In this document: piece by piece, positions 1 to 13,224 of the stretch | Numbering within the stretch: position 1 is the first letter of the stretch | Layout of the letters: every line of letters starts with the position of its first letter | Origin: Octopus bimaculoides | Taxonomy: Eukaryota | Direction: 5' to 3' | DNA length: 64,000 bases | Assembly (NCBI RefSeq): GCF_001194135.2 | Contig: NC_068985.1 | Location: forward strand, 60,981,355 to 61,045,354 | Made by a program: the position numbers and the translations under genes | Notes under the pieces: generated by a model | Seen by the model: the letters and a program-made list of their open reading frames with translations, nothing else | Database searches by the model: none | What the model was told of the DNA's origin: nothing

Positions 1-445
1 ACTTAGCTTTGCAATGTCTATCAACAAAGCACAAGGTCAATCTCTAAAGGTGGTGGGACTTAACCTCCTTCAACCTTGCTTCTCACATGGTCAGCTGTAT
101 GTTGGATGTTCTAGAGTTGGAGATGAAAAGAACCTCTACATTCTCAGTGATAAACATGGCAAGACAGAAAACATAGTATATGAAGAAGCACTTACATGAA
201 TAGTATGTATATGTCATACAAAAGTGTAAAACCATTGAGTGTTAAAGTAAGTATTACTATTACACTTTCACTTTTCGACTGACATGCGTCAATGTATATC
301 TGTGTATATGACAGTGAAACAATAACGCGGTATATTCGCTGTGTGAATTTTTTTTCATTTAATCCCCATTGTAATTATCGTAAAAGTTTCCAAGTACCAA
401 TAAGCAACAATTTCATTCCCAGGCAACGCCGGGTCGCTCTGCTAG
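1..445 (+). mobile_element. Helitron 3' end: C-terminus of the Pif1-like RepHel helicase, subterminal hairpin and CTAG terminus
   Basis: ORF 14-199 (MSINKAQGQSL..VGLNL..PCFSHGQLYVGCSRV) is the Helitron/Pif1 helicase C-terminal motif. Hairpin CCCAGGCAACGCCGGG at 418-433 is followed by CTAG at 442-445 and then T. Confidence 0.88.
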
Positions 446-457
446 TATATATATATA

Positions 458-1708
458 CAGGGGTTGGACAAAATAATGGAAACACCTTAAAATTTCAAAT
501 AAATGTATTTTAATATGGGGTAGGACTACCTTTGGCAGTAATTACAGCATGAATTCTACAAGTTATGGACTCGTACAAAGTTTGAATTGTTTCCAAAGGA
601 ATTTTTCTCCAATCTTCAGCTAAAACAGTCTCCAATTCTTGTTGTGATGGTGGTGGAGGATATCTACTCCTTACTTGTTTTTCTAAAATGCATCATAAAT
701 GTTCAATGATATTGAGATCTGGGGACTGTGGCGGCCAGATAGGATGCTCAACTTCAGTAGAATGTTCCTTGTGTCATTCAGTAACAAGTTTAGCTGTGTG
801 AATTGGTGCATTATCATCCTGAAAGATTGTGTTTCCCTCCGGAAACAGTTCTACAACCATAGGATGAATTTGATCAGATAAAATGCTTAAATAGTCTTGA
901 CTATTAATTCTGCCATGAAGGGAAACCATTGGGCTGGCAGATTTCCAAGATATAGCTCCCCAAATCATTACAGATCCTCCTCCATATTTAACAGTTGGAA
1001 GAAGGCAGTCTGGGTCAAATGCTTCTTTTGGCTGTCTCCACATATATATTTGGCCGGTGATCAAAAATAATGTAAAGGATAACTCGTCTGAGAAAATAAC
1101 ATTCTTCCACTGCTCTAAGGACCAATTCTGTAGGTTTTTACTCCACACTAAATGCTTTGCAACATTTGTTTTTGAAAGTAGTGGTTTTCTGATTGCAGCC
1201 GTCTTGTGAAATCCAGCTTTGTGCAACTCCCAGCGAACAGTCTTTGTGGAAACTGGGTTCTCGAGGTGGTCATTAAGCTCTGCAGTAATTTTGGGAGCTG
1301 TACTTTTGTGATCTTTTCTAATAATTCATGTAAGAGTCTGAAGTTTTTGGTTTTCTTCAGGAGTTTTGTTTCAACAAGGAGGTTTTCCCCTCTTTCTCAA
1401 AGGCCGTCATTACTTTTGAGACAGTACTTTTTGATACACTAAACATTTCGGCAGTTTTTGTTATGCTAGCGCCTGCCATATGAGCACCAACAATTTGACC
1501 ACTTTGAAAGTCCAATAGATCTGTCATTTTAATGAATTTTAATTACCTTTTTCTAATGATATCTGAAAAGAAACAGCAATTTTAGCAAAACATATTAAGC
1601 AACACTAATAATAAATAAAAAAACATAAAAATAAACAAGCTTTTGATGGTTTTATAGATATTTCAAAATTATGACGCTACGTGTTTCCATTATTTTGTCA
1701 AATCCCTG
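458..1708 (-). mobile_element. Tc1-like DNA transposon, DD36E (Incomer-type), about 1.25 kb, pseudogenised
   Basis: 28-bp TIRs at 458-485 (CAGGGGTTGGACAAAATAATGGAAACAC) and 1681-1708 differ at 2 positions; TA on the left. The transposase contains FSDE, FQDDNAP and SPDLNIIE, with 36 residues between the second D and the E, and has internal stops. Confidence 0.9.
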
Positions 1709-1812
1709 TGTATATAGATAGACAGGCAGGCAGACAGACATACAGACAGATAGATATAGATATATATACACACACACACACACACACGAGATAATGAGAT
1801 GGTAAAGGAATG

Positions 1813-1880
1813 ATACATAAAAATCCATCTTGACATAGCCAAGGCTAGCCTTGGCTATGTCAAGATGGATTTTTATGTAT
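1813..1880. repeat. Perfect 68-bp palindrome with no spacer
   Basis: ATACATAAAAATCCATCTTGACATAGCCAAGGCT|AGCCTTGGCTATGTCAAGATGGATTTTTATGTAT; the arms are exact reverse complements. Confidence 0.97.
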
Positions 1881-2080
1881 TCTTCCTCCCACTTTTAAAT
1901 GTTGCCACAACAGTAATATGTCCATTCTGCTGCAGTTTTCAGTAAATTTTCTATATCCTTGTGCAGCTGAAGATTGCTCTGCATTTTGCATTTAATGTAA
2001 TGCTCGCATTACTTAAATAAATGGAGTAGCATGAAACGTGCATACTGCAATAACCTTTAAAATCCGTGTTGCTTTTTTTG

Positions 2081-2123
<43 letters not shown>

Positions 2124-3623
2124 TGTAAGTGTGTGTTTATATATACGAGTAATGTGTATTAATGAATGATGTAAATATTGACAAGAAAATAAATTAATTA
2201 GCATGTTTCAAAAAGATCATTTGTGATATTTGCTTTGCACTAAGTTACAGACACTCTCGTACCATATATGAAGTAAACTAGTGATTGACTCACTGCAAAT
2301 TTGGAACCAATGATGCTACTGCTCAAACAATGTCATATATAATTAATGTTTAACACCAACAACGAGCAACACCTCACAGATCACTTTGTACAAAGTGAAC
2401 AACGTAAGGTAAATTCCTGTACAGGAGGAGGTGATGGTGATGGTAAGTGGAGGCACCAATCTGAAAACCAAACATACTTGACTAGGCAAACTACAAGATG
2501 CCATCAGTCAGAATGTAAAAATATAAATAAGGAAGTATTACTTCCAACAGAGTAACTCTTACAAACTGCCTTATGAGAAAGATGTCTTGTGTAGACTAGG
2601 TAGAAGATGTGTTATATGCATTACCACATCGTAGAAAAGACACACACACACACACACACACAAAACTATGTGGGGAAATATGGAATATTCAGTTAAGTTT
2701 CATTGTCGCTGTCATTTAGCCCCATATTAACAACATATAATTAAAGGCTTTGCAAACAAGTCCATCCCACTTTTCCCTAATTAGATCCAAAATATGCTTT
2801 ATATTTTTGTTTTTCTTGCTAAGAAAGATGCAAGAAGGGTGTGATTTGGCTGTTATTTCTAGTTGCTTAAACTTTCATACAGAAGCTTCCTGGTGGAGAT
2901 TTTTTGTTGCTTTGAGATGTTTCTTTTTCTTACATCCATGTTTTGTTTTTCGAAGATAAATTAATGGAGACATTTATGAAGAACACTTTCACATGTAGTT
3001 ATACACACTTATACATATAATTATACATACATATGCATATAACTATATACATATATGCACACATGTACATAACTATATACATGTAGTTTATATATACATA
3101 TGCACATATACATATTTATATACATGCATAGTTACACACAGATATACATAAATTTTTACATACACACACACAAATAACTATATACATATAGTTTAAACAC
3201 ACACATATATACGCATAATTATATACATATAGTTTATAAACACATATCTACAAACCTATGTATGCACTGTAAAGTGTTACACTATTTAAGCAAATAAATA
3301 TCAGGATAGTGACCTACCAATGGACCCACAACAAAACATCATTAATTCCCAATGGGTATCTCAACTGAACTGTAAACCACTGGTCCCACATCAAGTAACA
3401 AACATCACATTGGTCAATCAGGTAGAAATAATCAAGATAGTCTTTTTTTTTACAGTTGAAGTAACCAGCCACAAAGGGTGAAGTGATGGACACAGAGAAA
3501 GAGAGAGAAAGAGGTAGGGAGGATGTAGTGAAATATAGCAGTGTTAATTTACTTACTGGGGGAACACAAGTAGTAATTGTTATCTTGGTTTAGGAAGTCA
3601 AAGTTTTATACATACATACACTA

Positions 3624-3662
<39 letters not shown>

Positions 3663-4547
3663 TGTGTACACCTGTTCGTATATAAATACCATTAAGAGAA
3701 AGACGACAATAATATCAGAATATAAGCAAAAGAAATAAAAGCTAAAAGAGAGAAAGAAAGGAAAGAAGGAAAGTTGCTTAAATTACTTGAGAAAATACTG
3801 AATTACTCAGTAAATCATTTTGAAGTATAAACACACACAACAGACATATATACATGCTCACCTATATATACATGCATATACCTACACACAAACAGCCAGT
3901 CACCTCCATCCACACTCGCTCATATATACAGTTGTAAACATATATACCCACATACATACATGTACTTGCACATATACCCAAACATATAGACAAACCTATA
4001 CACGCATACACACTGATATTTTTATTTGCTCTCAAATAGTTGTTTACAAATATATTAATTTAATGAGTGTGTAGAGAGGGAGAGAGGCAGAGTAAGAGAT
4101 ACATAGCTTTAGTTTGTAACTCTTATTATAAATACTGTCATTTTTCTCTCTCTGAATTATGTATATGTATAGATATGTATGCACATATATTCATTTGTGT
4201 GTAATTACATACAGGTAGGTTTCATTTTGTGGTTGACTGGTTTCTGTACTTTTTGTCAAACACCATTATAATCACCATCACTACCACCTCCACTACTAAC
4301 AGTAAAAACTATCGATGACTAACAATAATATTTTTAAAAAAAACCCTCTCCAGTGAAATTGTTTGGAGAGGAGAATATTTGAATTACTAAGTATGGATGT
4401 AATAAAGTACAAAAATGGAACAAATTACACTGCACACACACACACACACATGTATGTATGAAATATATCAATAATTGTGAGGATGTGCCAGCAGCAACAG
4501 AAAAAGTGAGGTCAATGAAAATGCCTGGTGTTCAGAAAGGTATGAAC

Positions 4548-4580
<33 letters not shown>

Positions 4581-5514
4581 CATCAGTATGTGAGTGTAAC
4601 TTTATGATGGCAGAGATATTTCACATAGTTTGGGAGGAGTGGAGGAAGAAGAAGGTGATGTTAAAGGAAGACTGGAGTTGGGGATTTACAATTAAAAGGT
4701 AGTAGGGGAAGAAATTAGGTTTGGAAAAGCAAAAAAAAAAACAAAGGAAAAAATCAAATTGTATAGAAGAATAGAAAGTCAACAACAGTAAATTAAGTGA
4801 TGTAGAGTTAGAGACAAGCATTGCCTTTTTTTTCTTTTTATTATTTCAAATATGTTAAATTCTTGTCATTTGGCCATCATTTCAGCTGTTGATCATCTGT
4901 TTTATCTTCTGATATATACAGGAATAAATCGGAAGTCTTAGAATGGTAAATATCTGATGAGGTTAAATAATCCATGGTTGATTTTCTGTAAACAACTGAT
5001 TAAGTAGTGAATGACACAAGATATAGCAAGAAAGAGTAGTCAAATCTGTCAAATCACACTCTCGTATCCACTCTACTATCCTATTAGCTACAGTCAGGGT
5101 CATGATGAGATTTTATCTTCAGGATGGTCAGTTGGAATACCTTTGGTCATAGGTCTAAGCACTCACCTGGAGCTTAATAAAAACAACAGTAAATTCATAA
5201 CACATTTCCTCAATCCATTTTTAAAGATGGAATTTTATAAAGAAGCACTTTTAATAACCAATGTTTCATGTATTAGAAGAGGAGCTATATTCCTGGAAAA
5301 AAAAACAAAAAAACACAGGAGTGTATCATCTAATTCACTTCAAGGAAATCTCAACTTCAGACTCAGTAGTCATTTCAAACACTGACTACAAACATATCAC
5401 ATCTCTAGTGGTGATGGTCACTGCATCAATCTTATTTAAAATCTCATTTCTACTGACCTATGATACACCTGAGTGGCATCTTTGACTTGGACAATAATAG
5501 GAATCCTTCCTACT

Positions 5515-5710
5515 GCACATGGCCTGAAATGGTTGAGGGTGGGGGTAGCTAGTCAATTACATCAACCTCAGTGCTCAACTGGTACTTATTTCATTGACCC
5601 TGAATGAACAGAAGGCAAAGTTAACCTCAACTGAATTTGAACTCAGAACATAAAGACAGACAAAATACACTAAGCATTTTACCCAGTGTGCTAATGATTC
5701 TGCCAGCACA
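5515..5710 (-). mobile_element. SINE family A (tRNA-like head, central GACCCCGAAAGGATGAAAGGCAAAGTCGACCTC box), degenerate copy
   Basis: Matches the better-preserved copies at 13673-13868 and 61253-61483. Confidence 0.75.
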
Positions 5711-6084
5711 AGCTTTAGCATAGGCACAAGGTCAGAAATTTTTTTTCTGAGAGAGGGAAGGAGAAGTAAACCAATGAAATTACTACTGCACTTCATTAAT
5801 ATTTTTATATACTCAACCTCAGAAGAATAAACAGCACAGTTGATTTTGGTGATATTTGAAGTCAGCGTCTAATGAGGCAAAATAAATATCAAAAAGGTAT
5901 TTTTCCCAATGCTCTGACAAATCTGTTAGCCCACCACAATTGGATGATGAGATGATAACTAGGTAGAAAAAAATCAAATGGATGAATATTAGACATTACT
6001 TCAAGCTTCCATACTATCACTTTCTTCAGTGCCAATATCAGTTCCTTCTGTACTCTAACATACATTAGGTATCAAGTTCACACA

Positions 6085-7250
6085 TACCTCTGTAACCATT
6101 TGTATCTAAAGCGTCACCTTTACCTTTGTAGCAGTTGGCTATGGTGCTGCTACACCAGTCATTGGGTATTATTCCTTCGTGTATCACCTGGTTAACTATA
6201 TGGGTGACTAGGCTATAGCCAACACAGCCAAATATTTTGAGCATCTCTGCAGTGATTCCTGATGGGCCGGGGGCTTTCCCTGTCTTCATACTCTTAATAG
6301 ATAACTCGGATAGCTGGTCCCTCTGTTGGGTCAACATTCAGTAGACTCTCTTTCTCTCATTCATTCTCTTTATTGAGCAACCTTTCGTTTAGTGCAAGCG
6401 TACCATCATCCATGCGAACACATTTCTCTCCCACGACATCACGATTCTCTATCAAAGACTGTCTTGCAACACAAAATACCTCAAGTCTTTGGTCCTCACG
6501 GCACAGATCATTGGCAATTTTTTTCTTATCTGTTTCCCCTCTGAGCTTCCCTTCTGGCAGTCTGATACACTTCCCTGCTACCACCGTTCTTCCAGTCTTT
6601 CCAAGCCTGTTTATTTTGTCTAATAGCCCTGTCAACAACATTGTTCCACCACCATGTTATTTTGGGTCAAGAGGGGACTTTGCACCATCTACAGATCTGG
6701 TCAGTGACCCTCAGCAGGTTGTCCCATAGAAGCCTCCACTTGTCTTCTACATTGTGTGGTACATTCTTCGCCCGAGGAGGTTTTGACATTTATAAGCAGC
6801 CATCTTTCCCTTTTTCTGGCGAGGATGTAATCAATTTGGCTAGTCTGCCAGAACGGTAGGTGACAAGGTGACGGGCAGGTTTCCTGAAGTTAGTATTGCA
6901 AACCATAAAGTCATTTGCATCGCAGAACTCCAGCAACTTGGTTCCCTCCTCATTGCGGGAACCAAAACCATAGCCTCCATGTACGCCATGGAAGCCCCCT
7001 GTATGTTGTCCAACATGCCCATTGAAGTCGCCAGCCACAAAGAGAAGGTCCCTGTCATTTGTTGATGAGGTAGTCTGCAAGAGGGTGTCATAAAATTGGT
7101 CTTTCTGTCCATCCGGTAGCCCCGGCTGAGGGGCATAGGCTGAGATAATATTCCCTATTCCTGCTCACCACCATTGGGGCGGAGATGCTATCTGCAAATG
7201 TGAGCTCAGTGGCTGTTCCAGTGCATCCCCCTTGCCATCCTGCAGGGCAA
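6085..7250 (-). mobile_element. RTE-clade LINE fragment: APE endonuclease, linker and pre-RT region
   Basis: Frame-shifted ORFs contain GDFNGHVG..GYGFGSRNEEG..LLEFC (APE) and KSMKTGKAPGPSGITAEMLK...YKGKGDAL..YRG (pre-RT). Confidence 0.88.
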
Positions 7251-7478
7251 CATTTTTTTTCATTTTGTCAGCTGGTGCTATGAAGTGGTCTGAATTACAG
7301 GGAACCAAAAGAATTTGTATAGCTTACTATACAAACAACAAACTTGTTCTTTTATATTATCCTTCCATTACACATATCATAATGATGCCAACTAACAATT
7401 ATGAGTTTGTCTTGAAAGATTCCTGATGTAAAAATGTGTGTTGAAACAAATATCATTATATTTCGGGATTTTCTTTTG

Positions 7479-7877
7479 TTCTTTTACTTGTTTCAGTCAT
7501 TTGACTGCCACCATGCTGGAGCATCACCTTGAGGGATTTTAGTTGAACAAATCAACCCTAGGACTTTTTTTTTTTTAAAGCCTAGTACTTATTTTATTAG
7601 TTTCTTGTGCTGAACGGCTATATTACAGGGACATAAACACACCAACACCATTTGTCAAGTGGTAATGGGGGACAAACACAGACACAAAGACACATAAAGA
7701 TATACATATATATACACAACAGGCTTCTTTCAGTTTCCATCTACCAAATCGACTCTTCTACCATATAGCCCAGGCTATATAGTAGAAGACACTTGCCCAA
7801 GATGTCATGCAGTGGGACTGAATCCAGGACCATGTGGTTGGGACGTAAGCTTCTTACCACACAACCATGCCTGCGCC
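7479..7877 (-). mobile_element. SINE family B (tRNA head plus CORE-like ACCTTGGGCAAGTGTCTT; octopus OR-type CORE-SINE)
   Basis: A/B-box-like head, CORE-like segment, internal microsatellite and TGACTGAAACAAGTAAAAG tail. The family name is from memory. Confidence 0.8.
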
Positions 7878-8355
7878 TGTCATCCCCCTCCCCAATAAAC
7901 ACATGCACTATAGTGTATGTGTTTATTTGGCAAGAAAAAAATGACTTTCCCAAACTATAACAATAAACTAACAATATAAACCAGTAAAAGTTATTAACAT
8001 TTGACAAACAGGAAGGTGATGGTGACAATGATAATGGTGGTAGTAATAGCAATGATCACTGAAATATAAGTAAAGCCACCACTAAATCTCAATGATCTAC
8101 ATAAGTAGGAAGCTGGTATTTTTTTCAGGTGAAACCAAATAATAATCCAATTAATTTCCACTCTCAAACCTCCCCTTTACCAACCTTTATATATTATCTA
8201 TATAATACAGTTGAGTGGACAAGAAGAGTGTTAAGGGATTGCCAGTTCAGTGAAGCTGGCAGCACATACTTAGAAATATACTTACAATCCATTATTCCAA
8301 TGACTGAGGTGAACTAGTTCATTTCAAATTCAAATGAATGGATACTATTTTATTG

Positions 8356-8751
8356 TTTTACTTGTTTTAATCATTTGACTGCGGCCATGCTGGAGCACCG
8401 CCTTGAAGGGTTTTAGTCAAACAGTGGACCCCAGGACTTATTTTTTTTTAAGCCTAGTACTTATTCTATTGGTCTCTTATGCTGAACCACTAAGTTATGG
8501 GGATGTAAACACACACAAGCACTGGTTGTCAAGCAGTGATGGGGTGTGGGTACAAACACAGACACACAAACAGATATATATATACATACAACAGGCTTCT
8601 TTCAGTTTCCGTCTATCAAATCTAATCACAAGGGTTTGGTCGGCCCGAGGCTATAGTAGAAGATACTTACCCAAGGTGCCATGTAGTAGGACCGAACCCA
8701 GAACGATGTGGTTGGGAAGCAAGTTTCTTATCACACAGCCACAACTGCACC
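8356..8751 (-). mobile_element. SINE family B, full length
   Basis: Same architecture as 7479-7877. Confidence 0.82.
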
Positions 8752-8775
8752 CATAAAAATGCTCTCTCTCTCTCT

Positions 8776-8807
<32 letters not shown>

Positions 8808-8855
8808 CAATGTTAAATCTCTGAATGAGGTATATGTTAAATCGCTGAATAGTTA

Positions 8856-8913
<58 letters not shown>

Positions 8914-8919
<6 letters not shown>

Positions 8920-10348
8920 TCAGCTCCCTCTTGTTCATCATAGTTCTACAGGCAGCAACAGAAGAATTTAAGACAGGCTGCCCCTGGGAACTCCTCTGCT
9001 GATGACCTTGCACTAATTGCTGAGTCACTACCAGAACTAGAGACAAAATTTCAGGTATGGAAGCAAGGTCTAGAATCGAAGGGCCTTAGAGTTAACTTAG
9101 TAAAAACCAAAGTCTTAGTAAGTAGGAAGGCAGACAAATCACAAATCCCTTCAGGTAGATGGCCCTGTTCGATCTGTAGAAAAGGCGTAGGTAGAAACTC
9201 TATAAGATGTACCTGGTATAAGCTATGAACACATAAGAGGTGCAGCAATATCAGAGGAAGGTTAACAAGGAAAATAGTTTTTGTGTGGAAGATGCACATG
9301 CACAATAAATACCAAAAATGTACAGAAAATAGACTCTATCGACTGCCAAGGAGGTACGCTAGAGGTAGTAAATAGCTTCCATTATCTATGTGACCAAGTT
9401 AGTAGCAGAAGTGGATGTTCTGAGAGTGTAACTGTGAGAATAAGAGTAGGCTGGGAAAAATTCAGAATGCTCCTACTTTTGCTGGCATCAACGGGCCTCT
9501 CTCTCAGAGTGAAAGGCAGATTGTATGATGCCTGTGTGCTATGCTACATGACAGTGAAACACGGGCTGCGACAGCTGAGGACATGTGTAAGCTTGAAAGC
9601 AATGAAGCCAGTATGAATCTGGATGAGCAATGTCAGACTGTAAACATCTTTAGAGAAAAGTTGGGCATAAGAGGCATCAGATATGGTGTGCAAGAGAAAC
9701 AACTGTGCTGGTATGGTCATATGATGCTAATGGATGAGGACAGCTGTGTAAAGATGTGCCAATCTCTAACTGTAGAGGGAACCTGTGGAAGAGGTAGATC
9801 CAGGAAGACATGGGATGAGGTGGTGAAGCATGATCTTCGAACTTTGGGCCTCACAGAGGCAATGACTAGTGACTGAGACCTTTGGCGATATGCTGTGCTT
9901 GAAAAGACATGTGAAGCTGAGTGTTGTGGCCAATGCTGGCACCCGTGCCAGTGGCTCATAAAAAGCACCTTTTGAGCACTGGGCCTCATGGAGGCAAGGT
10001 GGCCAATGCTGGTGGCATGTGAAAAGCACCTTTCAAGTGTTGGGCCTCATGGAGGCGATAACAAATGGCCGAGACCTTTGGTATTATGCCATGCTTAAGA
10101 AGACCCATCAAGCCAAGTAAAATTGTATTTGTGACAGATACTGGTGTCACACAAATAGCACCAGTGCTGGTGGCATGTAAAATCACCCATTATACTCTTG
10201 GGGTGGTTGGCATTTGGAAGGACATCCAGCGATAGAAACCATGCCAAATCAGACTGGAGTTTGGTGCAGGCTTTCAGTTTGCCAGCCTTGGTCAAACAGA
10301 CCAACCCATGCCAGCATGGACAACGGACGTTAAATGATGATGATGATG
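8914..10348 (+). mobile_element. 5'-truncated RTE-clade LINE: RT C-half with PHD-like finger, tandem-repeat 3' UTR and (GAT)n tail
   Basis: SVLSPLLFII...ADDLALIAESL...VNLVKTKVL, then WPCSICRKGVGRNSIRC...HKRC...CGRC, then GRGRSRKTWDEVVK.DL. It ends in GGACGTTAAATGATGATGATG. Confidence 0.88.
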
Positions 10349-10849
10349 TATGTACTTGTGATGATGATGTATATATGTGTGTTTATATATTTATACATGT
10401 ATGAATATGTATTTGTGTGTATGTATGTTTACACACACACACGTACTGATATATAGATATAAATACATGGTAAAGTGCACATTAAAACAATTATGACAAT
10501 GGTACAAATGCATACACACACACACACGCAACTATGTGTGCTATGGATGTAAAAATGTGTGCAAATGTCAGTGTATGTTGTCTAAATGGATGCAGGGGTA
10601 TAAGAAATGGTGAAGAGTTCAAGAAGTTGACTTCACCCAATGCAGTCCAGGGTTCATTACCAGGTCACGGTACCTTAAATAAATATGTGTTGCCAAAGCC
10701 TTGCGAGAGAAATTAACTAGATGGAGACCATACCAGTCTTGTCACATATACATTCACATTGATTCTACTTGAGAATTACATAAATGGTATGTGTATCTGT
10801 GGAACACTCAGCCATGTATATGCTAATCTAATGGGCAAGTACTATTGTA

Positions 10850-11320
10850 ACCTCAGGCTGACCAAAGTCTTGTGAGTGGATTTGGTAGATGGAAACTGCA
10901 CTAAGCCCGTTGTGTGTGTGTGTCTTTGTCCACCCCAACACACACCTGACAATCAATGTCAGTGTGTTTATGTCACCATAACTTAGCAGTTCAGCAAAAC
11001 AGACTGATAAAATAAGTACCAGGTTTGAAATAATGATTTCAAATTTTTACTACAAGGACAGCTTGGGGGAGGGGATTAAGTCGATTACATCGACCCCAGT
11101 GCATAACTGGTTCTTATTTAATTGACCCCAAAAGAATGAAAGGCAAAATCAACCTCAGCAGAATTTGAACTCAGAATGTAGCAATGGGCGAAATACCACT
11201 ATACCAGGCTTAAGATAATAAAAAAATATAAGAACTGAGGTCAGTTCGTTGAACTAAAATTCTTCAAAGCAGTGCCCTAGCATAACTGCAGTCTAATGAC
11301 TGAAATAAATAAAAAGATAA
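10850..11320. mobile_element. SINE B (+) interrupted by SINE A (-, about 11060-11200)
   Basis: The SINE B body stops near 11040 and resumes near 11201 with its tail; the family A central box lies between them in antisense. Confidence 0.65.
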
Positions 11321-13224
11321 AACCACTGTACTATATCATCTTCTGTTTGATTAAATAATCTTTTTTTCCAAAAGAAAAGAGATGTGGAGGAGGTGTTTGT
11401 AAAACATAATTCAGTGAAAGCATATTGAGTTCCAAAGGGATAATTAAAAAACAAAAGTGAAATTGATATTGTAGTACTAAGAAAATAGGATGGTCACAAT
11501 TTCACTGTATTTGAAGCATACACTCTTTATGGACTAGCTAGAAAAAATAGCCACCTCACCCTCAAATCATACTTTATGAACATAGATTAGATAAAGTGGT
11601 CTAAAGTTAATTGCCGCTTGGAGAAAAAGACAGGATAATGGTTGGAAGGCCTTCAATTGCACTGTGGTCTGATCATAGGCCTATTTGATCATGGGCTAAA
11701 CAACAGGCAGCTATCTTATCAATTACAGGGAGGTGAAAAACAAAGCCAACACCCACGGAATAGAAGAAAACACTGCAAAGATAGTTAACCTGACACTGTT
11801 TCTACCCAGTCTGCCCCACCTTACCCCTCTATTGCCACCACCAACACCACACCTAACCTATAATGTTACAAACGTAACTGATACTAAGCATTTAATGTAA
11901 TCACAGAGAGAAGAGAGAGAGAGATGTCATATCAATACAGATTCTTGAGAAGAGACTAAAACATGAAAGGGTTTTTCCTTTACTTACCAGGGAACACAGG
12001 AGGACAGTCATTTTACTAATATGTGTGTGTGTGTGTGTGTGTGTATGAAAGAATAAATCTGTGTAGAGAACCGAAAAGGGCCCCTGTTGATCAAGAAGAA
12101 ACAGCAGCTGTTCTAATGTTAAAGAGAGCTAAAGAAGAAAAGTGTCTCAGAAAAAAAAAAGAGGGAAGGGGTCAGCTAATCTGGTGGGTGAGTGAGTGAA
12201 GTATCACCTTGTCAAACTTGGCTATAATGTCATGCCATCACACCAACACCAAGCTTAACAAAAGATTAAGTAAAACAATAGTCAAGCATATTAGTTGTGC
12301 TCTCTATATTTGGGTCAGCCTATCATGCTAACAAAAATAACTAATTACCTTACTCTCTCTCTCCCTCTGCCATATATCTATCTGTCTGTATATCTATTTC
12401 TGCCCCCCCACCTCTATCTCCCCACTTATTCAGTTGTTCTTTTTCACCTCAGATGGCTGACAAACAAAACTTTAAGTATTTTCAAGGCACTTCAACTGAT
12501 TGCCTTACATTTCACAAACTGAGAAACTGGCTTAAAAAATAAATTTAAAAAAATATAAAACACCAATAATCTTAAATATCTGATCATTTTTAAGCATGGC
12601 CTTCTTTTATGGTAGTGGTGTTGTTTTGAGATTCCCCTCTTTAGTCACCTTTGACTATCATTAATTATGTCAATAGAGACAAAATAAATTTTTTCCTTAC
12701 TAACTCCCTTGAGGCACTTTTCATATTTTTGGAGAGAAAAATCTCTCATTTAAAAATCTCCAAACTGAAATTAAAATTTTCTGTCATAATTTCATGTAAG
12801 AACATTCGTTGTGTTATTAATACCAACCTTCATGTTAACTTATACTCTAAACGTCACCTTTCATTTATGTTACATCTTAAACAACAAACTTTTAAGCCAT
12901 TATATTCTAAACACCAACTTAATAGTGACATAAACTTACCATGTGGGTTTATGTGGGGATTAACTTGTTTAATATGGTGAGCCAAGGCAAAAACAAATTA
13001 ACATTTCACATATAATGAAAAGAAAATGATAAACATTTATAATTCTTGCCAAGAAAGGCAAAAACTCCCAAATTCAAATTGATTGAAAATACAGTGGGGA
13101 CCAAATGACTGATCTTTTGTAAATATGGAGACAATTCTGAACAGGTTTCACTGTTATTAAACCTCCTCTACAAAACCTTAAAATGAATTAGAAAATTTAT
13201 ATCTTGAGAGAAAACAAACTTCTG

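Noticed and set aside
2290-2460. Possible next PHLDB exon (acceptor ttttcag, then DWCLHLPSPSPPPVQEF...)
   Set aside because: It reaches a stop after 26 codons, has no convincing in-frame donor and shows no recognisable homology.
11988-12011. ATG ACT GTC CTC CTG TGT TCC CTG|GTAAGT, a possible alternative first exon (MTVLLCSL)
   Set aside because: It ends in phase 0 whereas the next PHLDB exon must be phase 1, and there is no other support. At most it is a UTR exon.
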